64,000 nucleotides of DNA from Orbicella franksi (Eukaryota): contig OZ116707.1 of NCBI GenBank assembly GCA_964199315.1, positions 2,976,001-3,040,000 on the forward strand, in the 5' to 3' direction. Position 1 is the stretch's first letter; the number at the start of each line of letters is the position of its first letter. Positions 26,501 through 38,129 of the stretch are shown one piece after another. A program made the position numbers and the translations under genes. Under the pieces are notes generated by a model. The model had not been told where the DNA came from. It ran no database searches and was given only the letters and a program-made list of their open reading frames with translations.

Positions 26501-29500
26501 GACTTGCCGTGGTACTTGGCAGAACAGTCAAACACGACACGTACCTTTCCCGGTTTGGCTGGATGTTGGACGGCGTGGTGGGGGAGATACCATGTCTTGC
26601 CTTGTGCTTCGGCTGGTTGGGCTATAGTTGCGTATCCCTTTTTCAAGAGGTCTTTGATGCAATCTTTATACTTGGACCTCAGCTCTGGGTCTCTTGATAG
26701 GCGCCGTTTTAGCAGCTTAAGGCGATGGTCAACAACTGACCTATTGTTCTCCAAACAAGGGGGGTCGTTCTTCCAGGGTAGGGCAAGCTGATAGTGGCCA
26801 TTCTCCAGATTGATAGAGCCCCTCATTAACTCCATAGCGTGCTTATCGTTAGCTGACATCAATCTAGCTTCACTATATGCTGAGTCTTGAATTCCATGTC
26901 GCAGTAAGTTTGAAACTGTTCATTTAGTCGCAGGTCGGCCTTTATGAAGTTAGCGGTGCAAGTGTTAGTGTTCGTAACCTTGCCTAGTGGACCATTTACC
27001 ACCCAACCGAGGGTGGTTCTTGTAGCGTACGGTCCTCCATTCTGACTCGGAATAACCTGCTTAGGCTCAAGGATTTCTGGAGCGTCGCTGCCAATGAGCA
27101 AGCCGACATCTGCATCAATATTGGGGATCTTGACTTCAGAGAGATATCGCCACCTTTTCACATCTTGTTGGTTCGCGACACTTTCGGTAGTAACAGGCAG
27201 GCTTGGTCTTGTGAACACGATTGGGAGCTTGAAGAGGTTCTCCTCATCCAAGTCCAGTACTTCTAAGCTAACAACACGACAATCGGTTTTGCTATTCTCC
27301 TTTTCCATAGTCGTTAATGACAACGTGGTTTTCTTTCCCGACAAGTTCAGTTCCTTAGCTAGCTTCTCTGAACAGAAAGATGCGTTGGAGCCATTGTCCA
27401 GAAATGCGTAGGTTTGAATCATCCGATCGGAGCCCTTTGCTTTCACTTTAACTGGCAAGATAGCAAGACCGGTTGCAGATGCTTGAATTTGTTCGTTGTG
27501 TGGACCTAGAGTTTCATTTCTTCCATCGACAAAGCCGTTGTGAACCTTCTGATTGTCCACTTGCTGTGTAGCCCCTGTACCACTGGCTCCGCTGGCTCCG
27601 GAAGCGATATTAGCAGCTGGTCCATTATTCTTGGGATGCAAGAAGGAGGAGTGTTTGGTGTGGACATTGCAACCAGTTACGCGACAGAAGCTTTCTTTCG
27701 GACAAGAGTTGGAGAAGTGGCCAGGCACAAGGCAGTTATAGCAAATGTTCTTAGAGTGGACAAAATTAAATCTGTCTTTCAGAGACTTCTTCTTAAACTC
27801 ATCGTAACAGGACAGCCAATGTCGGGCATTACAGAGAGGACATTTCTGGTTGTTACCGTTAACTGGTGTGTGGGTTTTCTGCTGTGAGACCACGTCGATG
27901 GCGAAGTTGGACGCCTTAAGGGGTGGCTTGCTTCTGAACTTCGATCCTCTGGGAGGTACTGGGTTGTCCTTCGTAACATTTCCAAAGATGGCGTGTGTGG
28001 CAGCTCGAGCCTTTGAGGTAACAAAATTATTTATGTCTTCTATGGTAATTTCCCGTTCTTCCGTTTTGGTGATCCTGTCAGCGACGTCACGCCACTTCAG
28101 TTTCAATCCATATGGCAGCCTGTTAACGATCATTTTTAGGGTATCTGGATTCTCCACTTTGTTAAGATAGCCGATTTCCTTAAGAGTATTCTTGCAGCTA
28201 GTGAGCAGAATCAAGAACCACCGTAGTGCGGAGCTATCCTCTGCTTTAATGGGTGGTACCTTTGTTAACTTGTTAACGTAGGCAGTAGCAGTCCGGTAGC
28301 TTTGACCGTATCGTTTCTTAAGTAGACTTCTAGCTTCCTGATATCCTTCCTCAGGTTTCATAGATAAACAGCTGGACACTAACTCTTGTACTTCTCCGGA
28401 TGTATATTGCACCAGGTAGTATAATCTTGCGCTATCACTGGTGGTTTTGCTTTCGATTATGTTTTGGAAGGCTTGTATGAATCCCCAGTACTCAATAGGG
28501 TCTCCGCTAAAAGTAGGCACCTCTGGCTGAGGGAGCGTCAGGGCAAGTGTGCTCTCTTGTTGTCGCTGGAGTAACTGTTGCATCACGGAATTCTGCTGGC
28601 TTTGAGTAGCTAACAACCTTTAAAGAAACGTGTCGGGTGGGCCACAAGCTTCTTTCGCAGGTTCCTCTTTAACAGTAAGCAAAGAAGACGGCTTAACTAC
28701 TGGCTTCAGGTCATCACATGGCCAACTGTCGGCATTTGGGTTGAGAGGTTTGCTAACTTTAGGAACTTCAGTAAAATTCTGGGGTCTATTATCGGTCTTA
28801 TCCAATGTCGGCTCGTTTTCTGGCGGTTGGGATTCTGATGAGCAACCGATTACTGCGCTTTCAGAGTATGTAGGCCGGTTGGCAACTGGATCTAAAGATC
28901 TAGGGCTTGCCACATGATCTGCCTCTGCTTCTGCGTATATCAACTCCTCAGCTTGTGCCTTTCCGATCTCTGTTTGGAGTTCCAAAGCTCTTCTTCGTTG
29001 CTGGATGCTTAGCTCTTCCATTTGGAGGGCGTGGAACCTTTCAAGGTTCTCAGCTTTGGCTTGTAAAACTGCTTGTTTAGCGGCGGCCTTCGTCTTAGTG
29101 GCTGAAATTGAACTCGTGCGGGAACTTGCGTGAGAACTTGCATGGGAGCCAGTCGACGAACCTTTTCTCGAGCGGTGAGATGACTTTGAACTGGCACGAG
29201 AACCAGCATTGCTAATTGAATCCTCAGGGCGTAACTCTTCTTGTGGTAACCTTGTTTCAGTAGCTGTTGATGAGATCCAATTACCGACATCGTGTGCCAA
29301 ATCCATTCCTAAGAGAACTGTGGCGTCATAATAATCATTCGACTCTTTAATTTCGTTTTCGTCAGGAAGTTGAGAATGATAAGCGGCATGGGCTTCCTTA
29401 AACTCTTGTAAGAGTTGTTTGAATTCTTCGATTCTGTCCTTTACTAGATTGTAATTCTTAGAATTCAGCATCAACCCTTTTATTTCGTTTTGGGCCTTAG

Positions 29501-29663
29501 TAAGAATTCCCTTCTTAGAACTTCTGCTTCTTTTAAGCTGTAGGAGTTTTTCGGATCGAACTCCGTCCCAGTCAAGAGTAACATTTTCTAGCCTGACTTT
29601 AGAAATAGTTCGAAGTGATTCATGTTCACCATCTGTGGTTTGTTCGCTTTCTTTGTCGGCCAT
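23532..29663 (-). pseudogene. gag-pol: BEL/Pao gag-pol (Gag DUF1759, Zn knuckles, protease, RT, RNase H, integrase)
   Basis: PEVPTFSGDPIEYW; CPLC/CYNC/CRVTGC knuckles; FLDNGS; FYVDD; FSDAS; HSLDTDSF, SDNGSNF, VWER. In-frame stop at ~28620 and frameshifts at ~26860 and ~24760. Confidence 0.95.
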
Positions 29664-29841
29664 AACCGGTGTAGGATTTCCACGCGCGTGTTGTGGAACG
29701 TGATAGCTTATTGCATAACTTGAAGTGAACAACACGTGTTTCAACGGTTATGTTAGCTAGTGTAGCTAAAGTCCTCGTAAAGGTAGAAAATCCAACAATA
29801 AATGATGGACAACGCAAAACTTTTCGTCAAACTCGAACTGA

Positions 29842-30484
29842 TGTGACTTTCTGGAAGCGAAGCCACGTATGGATTAGGGCTTAAAAGGAGCTTGAACCAC
29901 TCGAACGCACATTGTAATTCAAGGAAACCAGGTCACAGTAAAATCAATCGTTAGCGCTTATTGGAAGGAGCGATGAATCAACAATATAGAAATCAGGATA
30001 ACAAAATAGAGATGAACTTGTGATGAGAAGTCATAGTAACGGTTGTGATTGTGTGGTTCGAACTAAAAGCAAAACGATACAAAAGGCTTATGTAAGCTAA
30101 TACTAGTTACGATACAAAAGATAAATCAAGGGCACCGATGGAACATAAATCTTAAACTATAACAACACGATTACAACTAAAATATATGTAGCAAAGACTT
30201 ACTTTGATCTTGCTCCCGCGAGGGTAGCAATGGTAGGAAGATAGCTTAGCACGATAGCGATGATAGCGATAGCATAAAATAACAGCGAAAACATAGATGG
30301 CGTAACTAAACTGATAAAAATATGGTGTCTGTAATTACTTGATTCCAAAGGTTATATTGCAAAATTTGCATTGATCACAGCAATCACAGCATGAATAGCA
30401 AAACTTAAAAAAAATGTACATAATCGTTAATAAGTAATAGTTATTTAAACAAAACAAAGAAGAAAACGAGTTACGAAAGTAACA
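29842..30484 (-). repeat. 5' LTR of BEL #1
   Basis: Direct repeat of 22784-23427. Confidence 0.95.
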
Positions 30485-31158
30485 GTGATTATCACTGCAT
30501 CTAAGTCAAAAGCAGCTAAGTCATTTGTAGATAGTTGCTTGCTTTACACTACACCAAAATATTACGTTTGATCATCATGGTTTGATGGCTTGGATCCTTG
30601 CTTGTAGCGTTTCCTTGTTTCTTTGTCACGCAATGCTGTCATCGCATTTTAGGGGGTAGGGGTAGGACAATTTCTATCCATAACACGTAAGGTTCCAAAT
30701 GGCTTGGAACCACTGGGAGCACACAATCTTGTTGAGTACGAAGAGATTAAATTATGAAATAAAAAGAACGAATAGTTTACCATTGCCCCTGTTGTTATCT
30801 TTTACTAGACCACCACTGTACATGCCCTGCATAATACAGTAACACTAAACTTGTATTTAGGTCTTTTCGCGCTGTGCAATTATTTTTGGATTACATATAA
30901 TAAAATGGGCTACTCTATGGGAGTCATATCAGTCAAAAGTGGTATCAATTCATGATTGGTGATTGTTACCGCCAAAGAACAGTATTTTATTTTTGTTTTA
31001 TTTTGATCGTGACGTTTCGTGTCAATGACATGAAGTAGCTTGGAAAACTTTGTAACCACCCGGACGGACTCACGTGGAACTGATTTTGTAAAACTTGGAT
31101 GTGTCTTTGGTTATTAAAAAAGTGTTAAAATCAAATTTGTTGTCGTTATGCGAGTTCA

Positions 31159-34100
31159 TTGGGGACTAAAGAAGTAGCGGCAACATTTTCTGGTCCTTCG
31201 AGCCGGATTAGAACGAGCGAATTGAAGAATTTGGAATTTGGTGTGGCGAAGATTTTGGAATTTGGTATGGAATCGACCGAAGCGACTGATGGCGGTCGCC
31301 ATCTTGGCCATTGGGATTCAGCTCGTACTGTGAGTACTAACATTGTTACTTTAAAAAACAAACGGGCAGCCATCAAAAGAAGGATCACGAACACGTTGAA
31401 GAAATTAGAGTCCACCATCGAACAGTATGGTCGAAAAGCGATTATACGTGGATATGTCAACAACTTGCAGGAATATCTTAACGAAGCGAAAGGCCTCAAT
31501 GATGAACTCGTCTCAGTGATCCCAGAGAACGAGCACGAAGCCGCAATAGATTGGTATGAAGAACAACTCGATAGAGTCGAAGACGCTAAACTTCAGGCCA
31601 ACGCACATCTTGACGAGCGGGCAGAGGAAAGTTCTAGCGGATTAAGCTCGGTGAAATCGTGGAAAACTTCTTCGACAAGAAATGTCTCCCAAGCGGGCGA
31701 AATTCGCGCCAAAATTACTTCAGCAGAAATTAAAGCCAAACAACTTGCCTTGGAGGAACAGCGAAGAAGAGAGGAGTTCGAAAAACAACTGGAGGTTAAA
31801 AGGAAACTTGAACTTGTCCAAGATGAAGCTCAAAGGCTAAAATTCATGGCTGAAGAAAGAAGAAAGACTCAGGAAGCCAAGGACGAGGCTGCACGCCTCG
31901 CAGCAGAAGCAGCAGTGTTACAAAAGGTACAAAATGAAGTTAATGATCCGGAAGCTTTGTCTAATCGATTGCTTGATTTTGAGGATGATTCATTGAAATT
32001 TGTTCCATCATCTAATCTTGATGAACCGTTAACAATAATTCCTCCACTACTCCCTGGTTTGTTGCAAGGAACTGGAGCAAATCATGGAACTGCATTGCCA
32101 CCTGACAACCCTACAAAAGTTGTTACACCTTCACCTTTGTTACAACAGCCAAAGTCAGCTGTTTCATTTATTGCACCTCAGGGCACGAAAAAACCTAATG
32201 AAACATTGCCTTTGTATCACTCGTGGATTGGAGATTTACAAAGTGGAGTACAGCATCCAGCTTTAACTAGTACGGACAACCGAAAAACAAACATTTGTGG
32301 TCATTCTACTCGTGACTCTCTTCCAAAGTTACGCCTAAGTAAGTTTGATGGTGACCCTTTACACTGGTCTGATTGGTCCTCGATGTTTAAATCAATTGTT
32401 CATGATGCTAATCTGTCCCTTAATGGCAAAATGCAACATCTTCAGAACTCTGTTATTGGTAAAGCGAAGTCTGCAATTGAAGGATATGGATACAGTGGAG
32501 ATTCCTACTATGAAGCACTGAAAGAACTGGAATCCAGATTTGGCAAACCTTCCCTTGTTGTGAAAGTCACACTTGACAAACTGAAAAAAACAGCTCGATT
32601 ACAAAATGACAAACCTCAAGAAGTGAGAAATCTGTCAGATGTTGTGTCAACTACTGTGTGGACATTTAAGAAGTTTGGATATGAAAGTGATCTGAAAGCA
32701 GAAGCTAATGTTTCCCTTGCCGTTGACAAACTGTCCCAGGGGCTCAAAATCAAATGGAAGGACAACACCAAAGCTACCAAACTGGAACGACCTAGTCTTG
32801 ATGACTTCAGTGTGTGGTTAAAAGGTCAGGCAGATATTTATGATGATTGTTGTTACCCAAAAATGTCAAGTAAGTTTCCATTCCAACCTCATAAGAAACC
32901 TCGGTCTGGTGGATCAAATGGAATGACTGAAAAACAGAACACTTTCTCAAGTAACATTTCACCTTGCCCCAGGCCAACAAAGTCCTCTTGCATTATGGGT
33001 GATGGGCAGGAACACAAGTTATCTTCTTGTCCCAAGTTTAAGGCTCTAAGTGTGGAAGAACGCCTAAATGAAGTACAGAAACATAAGTTGTGCTTTTGTT
33101 GCCTCAGTCCTCGACATTGGCTTAGCAATTGTTCAAATCAAAAACAGTGTGGTGTAAATGGGTGTACGCAATCACACAATGCTCTGTTGCACAACTTGAG
33201 AAATGTTTCAGTGGAAAGCAGTGATGCAGTGTCTGCTATTAACCCAGTAGCACAAGCCGAAGTTGGTTCGTCTACTGAACATTCTAACACATCTCACAGA
33301 AGCAGTCACACCTCTGTTCTGTTACAAGTAGTACCAGTAACCCTCTATGGTCCAAAGGGATATTTCAACACATATGCTATGCTGGACACAGGAAGCACTT
33401 GCAGCTTGCTGTTAGTAGATGTTGCTGGAAGACTTGGTTTGGATGGTCCTTTGGAAAGTGTGGTCTTAAATGGAATTCAGAAAACATCTGAGCTTATGAC
33501 AAAGCGTGTTAATGTACAAGTCAGCCGATTGAATGACTTTGGTACCCAATTTGATGTGAATGGAGTTCTTGTAGTTGATCACCTGAATGTGCCAGAGAAG
33601 AAAGTGAAACTTGATGAGCTACAAGAAAGATGGCCACACCTATCAGACTTGGAGCTGACTGAAGTCGCTGGGACTCAAGTCACTTTGCTCCTTGGTAGTG
33701 ATGTCCCGGAACTTATTGTTCCCCTGGAAACTCGACATGGTCCAAAGGGTTCCCCTGTTGGTGTTCGCACTAGGATTGGATGGACTGTTACTGGTCGCTT
33801 ACCTGGCCATATTCAAGAATGTGAATCTGTTTGTAAAGTTCATGTGGCGACTCCGGATGAGGAACTCAATGACACCGTAAAAACTTGGTGGCGAACAGAG
33901 AACTTTGGTTGTCGTTATGACAATGATACCCAGCGCTCAGTTGAAGATGAAAGAGTCATGAAATTCTTGAATGAAAGTACACGTAAAGTGGATGGTCGTT
34001 ATGAGGTTCCTTTGATTTGGCGTGATGACAAAGTCAAACTTCCTGACAATTTTGCTGCAGCTGCTCAACGTCTGAATTTTCTGGAGAAGAAGCTTAATCG

Positions 34101-37100
34101 TAATCCCGAGTTGGCAGAAAGATACAGGAAAACTATTGACATGGATATGGAAAAGGGATACATCAAAAAGCTTACTAAGGAGGAAGCAACTGCACCAGCC
34201 ATGCGCAAATGGTACCTTCCTCACCACCCTGTTCTGAACCCCAAGAAACCTGAGAAGGTTCGTCGAGTATGTGATGCCACTGCAAAGTTTCAAGGCTCAT
34301 CATTAAACAGCCAACTTCTTAGTGGCCCAGATTTGATGAACAACCTTGTTGGAATTTTCATGAGGTTTCGAGAAGAAAAGGTTGCACTTTCAGGAGACAT
34401 TGAAGCGATGTTTAACCAAGTTGCTGTCCCAGAAGAAGATCAAGCTTCCCTTCGATTTCTGCGGCGTCAATCTCCTGAATCATTGACAGAAGTCTACCAG
34501 TATGTGCGTCACATATTTGGAGCCAAATGTGCGCCAACCTGTGCTAACTATGCTCTGTTGAGAAGTGCAGAAGATAATGAGAGGCAGTTTCCGAATGCTG
34601 CCTTTGCCGTAAAGCGAAACTTTTACATGGATGACCTTTTCAAGTCTGTTAAATCAAGTGATCAAGCTCTGGAACTGCAACAAGAACTTGTTGAAATGCT
34701 AAACAAAGCAGCTTTTCACTTGACCAAGTGGATCTCTAATGAGACAGAAGTGATCGAGCGAATACCAGAATCGGAAAGAGCGCCCTCTATCAAGGTTGTG
34801 GAGGAAAGCATCGTAATGCCTATGGAACGTGCTCTTGGTGTCGTTTGGGATACCAGCTCAGATTGTTTTGTCTATGAAGTGGTGAAGAGAGACATTGCGG
34901 ACACGCGTCGGAAGATTCTGAGCTTGATAGCATCCCTCTTTGATCCGATTGGATTTCTAGCTCCATTTCTGGTCAGAGCAAAAATCTTCCTCCAGCATGT
35001 GTGGCAGTTAGGTATTGGATGGGATGATGCACTGCCACCAGAGTTTCTAAAGGAGTGGTCCAAATGGCAGGAAGAGCTGGATGGAATTGCACAGTTTCAC
35101 ATTCCCCGTTTCTATCGTCACATACCAGACAACCCGTCTGTTATTGACCTTCACATCTTTGGAGATGCCAGTGAACAAGCATTTTGCGCAGTGGCTTATT
35201 TCAGATTCTGCTATGTCAGTGGAGCAGTGCGATGTGCATTTGTTACAGCGAAGACTCGGGTAGCCCCGAAGAAACCCTTGAGCATCCCAAGGCTTGAACT
35301 GCAGGCTGCTGTTTTGGGTGCAAGATTGGCTGCTGTAGTGATTAAGGAACATGATTACATCATTGCTTCCACCTATTATTGGACAGACAGCAGTACTGTG
35401 TTTCAGTGGATTCGTGGAGTGTCTAAGCGCCACCCCGCCTTTATTGCTAATAGAATTGGAGAGATCCTGGACAGCACCGAACCCAACCAATGGAACCACT
35501 GTCCTGGACAGATAAATCCTGCAGATGATGGCAGCAGGGGACTTCCAGTGAGCTCTATTACTTCTGGGAGTCGTTGGGTAAATGGCCCTGCCTTCTTACA
35601 CTTACCTGAAGAGAGATGGCCAAAGGGAAATGCAAAGCTTGAAATTCCCAAGCCGTCCGATGATGACCCACAAGCCCAAGAAATGGCCATTACTTGGACT
35701 GGTGTGGTGAAAGGTTCAAAGAACGATTTCTTATCTCCAGCGAAATACTCATCTCTAACAAAGCTTCTCAGAGTAACTGCTTACCTGAAACGGTTTATAT
35801 ATAACTGTAAGCACCCCAAATCTGAACGTCACATTGGTTCTTTGTTGGTTGAAGAGATGGAGCAAGCTCGAAAGTTTTGGATCTGCGTTGCCCAAGCAGA
35901 ATCCTTTCCTCAAGAAGTTGCAGTTCTCAAGTCGAAACAGCATGTTTCAAGCGAGAGCAAATTGGTATCTCTCTCACCATTCCTTGATGGGCATGGAATC
36001 ATTCGTGCAGGTCGAATTGAGAGAGCCGATATTCCATTTTACAGTCGTCACCCTGTGGTACTAGCACCAGATCATGAGTTGACCCATCTCATCATCATGA
36101 ACTGTCACGAGAAATTGAAACATGAAGGAGTGGACCAAGTACGAAATGAGTTGAGACAACAGTATTGGATCTTACGCTGTCGTGCTACAGTGCGAAAGAT
36201 CCTTCATCAGTTTTCTTACTGCAGAAGGCGAAAAGCGAAACCAGAAGCACCCTTGATGGCAAGTCTACCATATGATCGCTTAAGTGTTGCACCACCATTC
36301 TCGAAAGTTGGCGTGGATTTCTTTGGTCCTCTTAAAGTGAAGCATCTTAGAAAAGAGGAGAAGAGATATGGTTGTCTCTTTACTTGCTTGGTGACTAGAG
36401 CAGTTCATTTGGAGGTTGCATTTGACTTGTCAACCGATTCCTTCATCATGTGCCTTAGGCGGTTTATGGCTCAAAGAGGTAAACCAACTGTGATTTACTC
36501 CGACAATGGAACAAACTTTGTAGGAGCAGACCGTGAGTTACGTGAATGCATCGATGGCTGGAATCAGCATAAGATCGGCAGTGAGTTGAGCCAAGAGGGA
36601 ATTCAGTGGGTATTTAACCCGCCTGCCGCACCTCATATGGGAGGTGTATGGGAGTGCCTCGTACGATCATGCAAGAAAGCCCTTAATGTTGTTCTACAGA
36701 AACAAGTTCTTACTGATGAGGTGTTGCTTACCGCCTTTGCTGAAGTGGAATGGGTTGTGAACAGTCGTCCGCTTACTGAAGTCAGCTCGGATGTGGATGA
36801 CCTTGAAGCTCTGACACCGAATCATTTCCTCATTGGAAGAGGATCTCTCAACTTACCGCCCGGTATCGTTGACGACAAGGAGTGGTCAAGTCGCAAACGT
36901 TGGCGACAAGCACAAGTGGTGGCAAATCATATTTGGAGTCGTTGGTTAAGAGAGTACCTACCTGGTTTGATTACTCAAAAGAAATGGACTCAACCTACTG
37001 TAAATGTCAAGGTCGGAGATTTGGTGTTAGTGGTTGATCAGGCAGTTTCAAGAGGTTTCTGGCCCCTTGGTAGGATCGTAAAAGTCTTTCCTGGACTTGA

Positions 37101-37197
37101 CAGTATTGTAAGATCAGCAGACGTGAAAACGAAGTTTGAAGTAATGAGACGCCCTGTGACAAAACTTGCCGTCCTTGAAGAGTGTTCGACCAACTAA
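31159..37197 (+). CDS. gag-pol: BEL/Pao gag-pol polyprotein, uninterrupted ORF (first ATG at 31267)
   Basis: LPKLRLSKFDGDPLHW; CFCC..H..C and CG..GC...H knuckles; LDTGS protease; FYMDD RT; IFGDAS RNase H; DFFGP/SDNGTNF/GGVWE integrase; no stop in 2012 codons. Confidence 0.95.
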   Translation: MGTKEVAATFSGPSSRIRTSELKNLEFGVAKILEFGMESTEATDGGRHLGHWDSARTVSTNIVTLKNKRAAIKRRITNTLKKLESTIEQYGRKAIIRGYVNNLQEYLNEAKGLNDELVSVIPENEHEAAIDWYEEQLDRVEDAKLQANAHLDERAEESSSGLSSVKSWKTSSTRNVSQAGEIRAKITSAEIKAKQLALEEQRRREEFEKQLEVKRKLELVQDEAQRLKFMAEERRKTQEAKDEAARLAAEAAVLQKVQNEVNDPEALSNRLLDFEDDSLKFVPSSNLDEPLTIIPPLLPGLLQGTGANHGTALPPDNPTKVVTPSPLLQQPKSAVSFIAPQGTKKPNETLPLYHSWIGDLQSGVQHPALTSTDNRKTNICGHSTRDSLPKLRLSKFDGDPLHWSDWSSMFKSIVHDANLSLNGKMQHLQNSVIGKAKSAIEGYGYSGDSYYEALKELESRFGKPSLVVKVTLDKLKKTARLQNDKPQEVRNLSDVVSTTVWTFKKFGYESDLKAEANVSLAVDKLSQGLKIKWKDNTKATKLERPSLDDFSVWLKGQADIYDDCCYPKMSSKFPFQPHKKPRSGGSNGMTEKQNTFSSNISPCPRPTKSSCIMGDGQEHKLSSCPKFKALSVEERLNEVQKHKLCFCCLSPRHWLSNCSNQKQCGVNGCTQSHNALLHNLRNVSVESSDAVSAINPVAQAEVGSSTEHSNTSHRSSHTSVLLQVVPVTLYGPKGYFNTYAMLDTGSTCSLLLVDVAGRLGLDGPLESVVLNGIQKTSELMTKRVNVQVSRLNDFGTQFDVNGVLVVDHLNVPEKKVKLDELQERWPHLSDLELTEVAGTQVTLLLGSDVPELIVPLETRHGPKGSPVGVRTRIGWTVTGRLPGHIQECESVCKVHVATPDEELNDTVKTWWRTENFGCRYDNDTQRSVEDERVMKFLNESTRKVDGRYEVPLIWRDDKVKLPDNFAAAAQRLNFLEKKLNRNPELAERYRKTIDMDMEKGYIKKLTKEEATAPAMRKWYLPHHPVLNPKKPEKVRRVCDATAKFQGSSLNSQLLSGPDLMNNLVGIFMRFREEKVALSGDIEAMFNQVAVPEEDQASLRFLRRQSPESLTEVYQYVRHIFGAKCAPTCANYALLRSAEDNERQFPNAAFAVKRNFYMDDLFKSVKSSDQALELQQELVEMLNKAAFHLTKWISNETEVIERIPESERAPSIKVVEESIVMPMERALGVVWDTSSDCFVYEVVKRDIADTRRKILSLIASLFDPIGFLAPFLVRAKIFLQHVWQLGIGWDDALPPEFLKEWSKWQEELDGIAQFHIPRFYRHIPDNPSVIDLHIFGDASEQAFCAVAYFRFCYVSGAVRCAFVTAKTRVAPKKPLSIPRLELQAAVLGARLAAVVIKEHDYIIASTYYWTDSSTVFQWIRGVSKRHPAFIANRIGEILDSTEPNQWNHCPGQINPADDGSRGLPVSSITSGSRWVNGPAFLHLPEERWPKGNAKLEIPKPSDDDPQAQEMAITWTGVVKGSKNDFLSPAKYSSLTKLLRVTAYLKRFIYNCKHPKSERHIGSLLVEEMEQARKFWICVAQAESFPQEVAVLKSKQHVSSESKLVSLSPFLDGHGIIRAGRIERADIPFYSRHPVVLAPDHELTHLIIMNCHEKLKHEGVDQVRNELRQQYWILRCRATVRKILHQFSYCRRRKAKPEAPLMASLPYDRLSVAPPFSKVGVDFFGPLKVKHLRKEEKRYGCLFTCLVTRAVHLEVAFDLSTDSFIMCLRRFMAQRGKPTVIYSDNGTNFVGADRELRECIDGWNQHKIGSELSQEGIQWVFNPPAAPHMGGVWECLVRSCKKALNVVLQKQVLTDEVLLTAFAEVEWVVNSRPLTEVSSDVDDLEALTPNHFLIGRGSLNLPPGIVDDKEWSSRKRWRQAQVVANHIWSRWLREYLPGLITQKKWTQPTVNVKVGDLVLVVDQAVSRGFWPLGRIVKVFPGLDSIVRSADVKTKFEVMRRPVTKLAVLEECSTN
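31191..31209 (+). promoter_or_regulatory. Primer-binding site complementary to tRNA-Tyr 3' end
   Basis: TGGTCCTTCGAGCCGGATT is the reverse complement of ...AATCCGGCTCGAAGGA-CCA; it lies 5 nt after the 5' LTR. Confidence 0.85.
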
Positions 37198-37210
37198 ATC
37201 GGGCGAACAC

Positions 37211-37220
37211 GGGGGGAGGA
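37211..37220 (+). promoter_or_regulatory. Polypurine tract of BEL #2
   Basis: GGGGGGAGGA directly before the 3' LTR TGT. Confidence 0.85.
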
Positions 37221-38129
37221 TGTTACCGCTGAAGAACAGTATTTTATTTTTGTTTTATTTTGATCGTGACGTTTCGTGTCAATGACATGAAGTAGTTTGC
37301 AAAACTTTGTAACCACCCGGACGGACTCACGTGGAACTGATTTTGTAAAACTTGGACGTGTGTTTGGTTATTAAAAAAGTGTTAAAATCAAATTTGTTGT
37401 CGTTATGCGAGTTCATTGGGGACTAAAGAAGTAGCGGCAACAGTGATCAAGAAATCAATCGCAATGGTTGAGTTTATCCACTGGTGATTGAAAATGTCCA
37501 TCACTGTAATTGAGATTGTCGATCACTATGGTTGAGATTATCAATTGCTGATTGAGAATGATCATCGCTATGGTCCAAAAAGTGATTGAATATCAAGACT
37601 GACGATTGCTATCATTAAAAAAAAGATTGGTGTCTGAAAACGATCATCCACGAATTGACCATCCAGAACACCTACCGCCATGATCGAGAAATCCAGTTGC
37701 AACTGAGAAGTGGAAATGCCTGGTAATAAGGGAGGGATAGTTCACATATTTTGACATGAAGTATCCTAAGAATTTACTTTGTGATCTAAGATGGTGGCTG
37801 ATGATTGGAGTACTCGAGATATTGAGGAATTCCTTGACTCCATGAAACAATGCTTTGACGATGTGGATCAGGTGCTTGCTGATGAAAATGCTTCTATTCC
37901 ATGAGATTACTAAGAGAGTAGGCTAGAAGACCATTTCCAAATTGTTAATGCAATCCTATAGTGGTAAGCTTAAAAACACAAGAGCTAGCAATTGAAACTT
38001 CATGTATTCGAAACTATGTAACTGGAGTCCATTGACAAAAGCGCCCTTATTTCCACGCAGTGGTGGACAAACAGCCTTGGTACAACCCACTCACAGATGG
38101 GCAGCCCAACTTTTGTGAAGCAGTGTGTA

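Larger units (their letters stand above)
22784..30484 (-). mobile_element. Full-length BEL/Pao LTR retrotransposon #1 (inactivated)
   Basis: LTRs 22784-23427 and 29842-30484 (TG...CA, ~22 substitutions + 1 indel in ~644 bp); TSD GTGAT (22779-22783, 30485-30489); polypurine tract AAAGGGGCCGGAA next to the 3' LTR. Confidence 0.97.
30964..37442 (+). mobile_element. Full-length BEL/Pao LTR retrotransposon #2
   Basis: 222-bp LTRs 30964-31185 and 37221-37442 (6 substitutions); TSD GTGAT (30959-30963, 37443-37447); PBS and PPT present. Confidence 0.97.

Noticed and set aside
31191-31209. tRNA gene
   Set aside because: Only a short antisense match to a tRNA 3' end next to an LTR, i.e. a PBS; no cloverleaf. 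The same applies to 51816-51830.
25125-36064. Numerous 60-180-aa antisense or alternative-frame ORFs within the BEL elements (likewise within the Gypsy)
   Set aside because: They are shadows of the long gag-pol frames and show no independent motifs.
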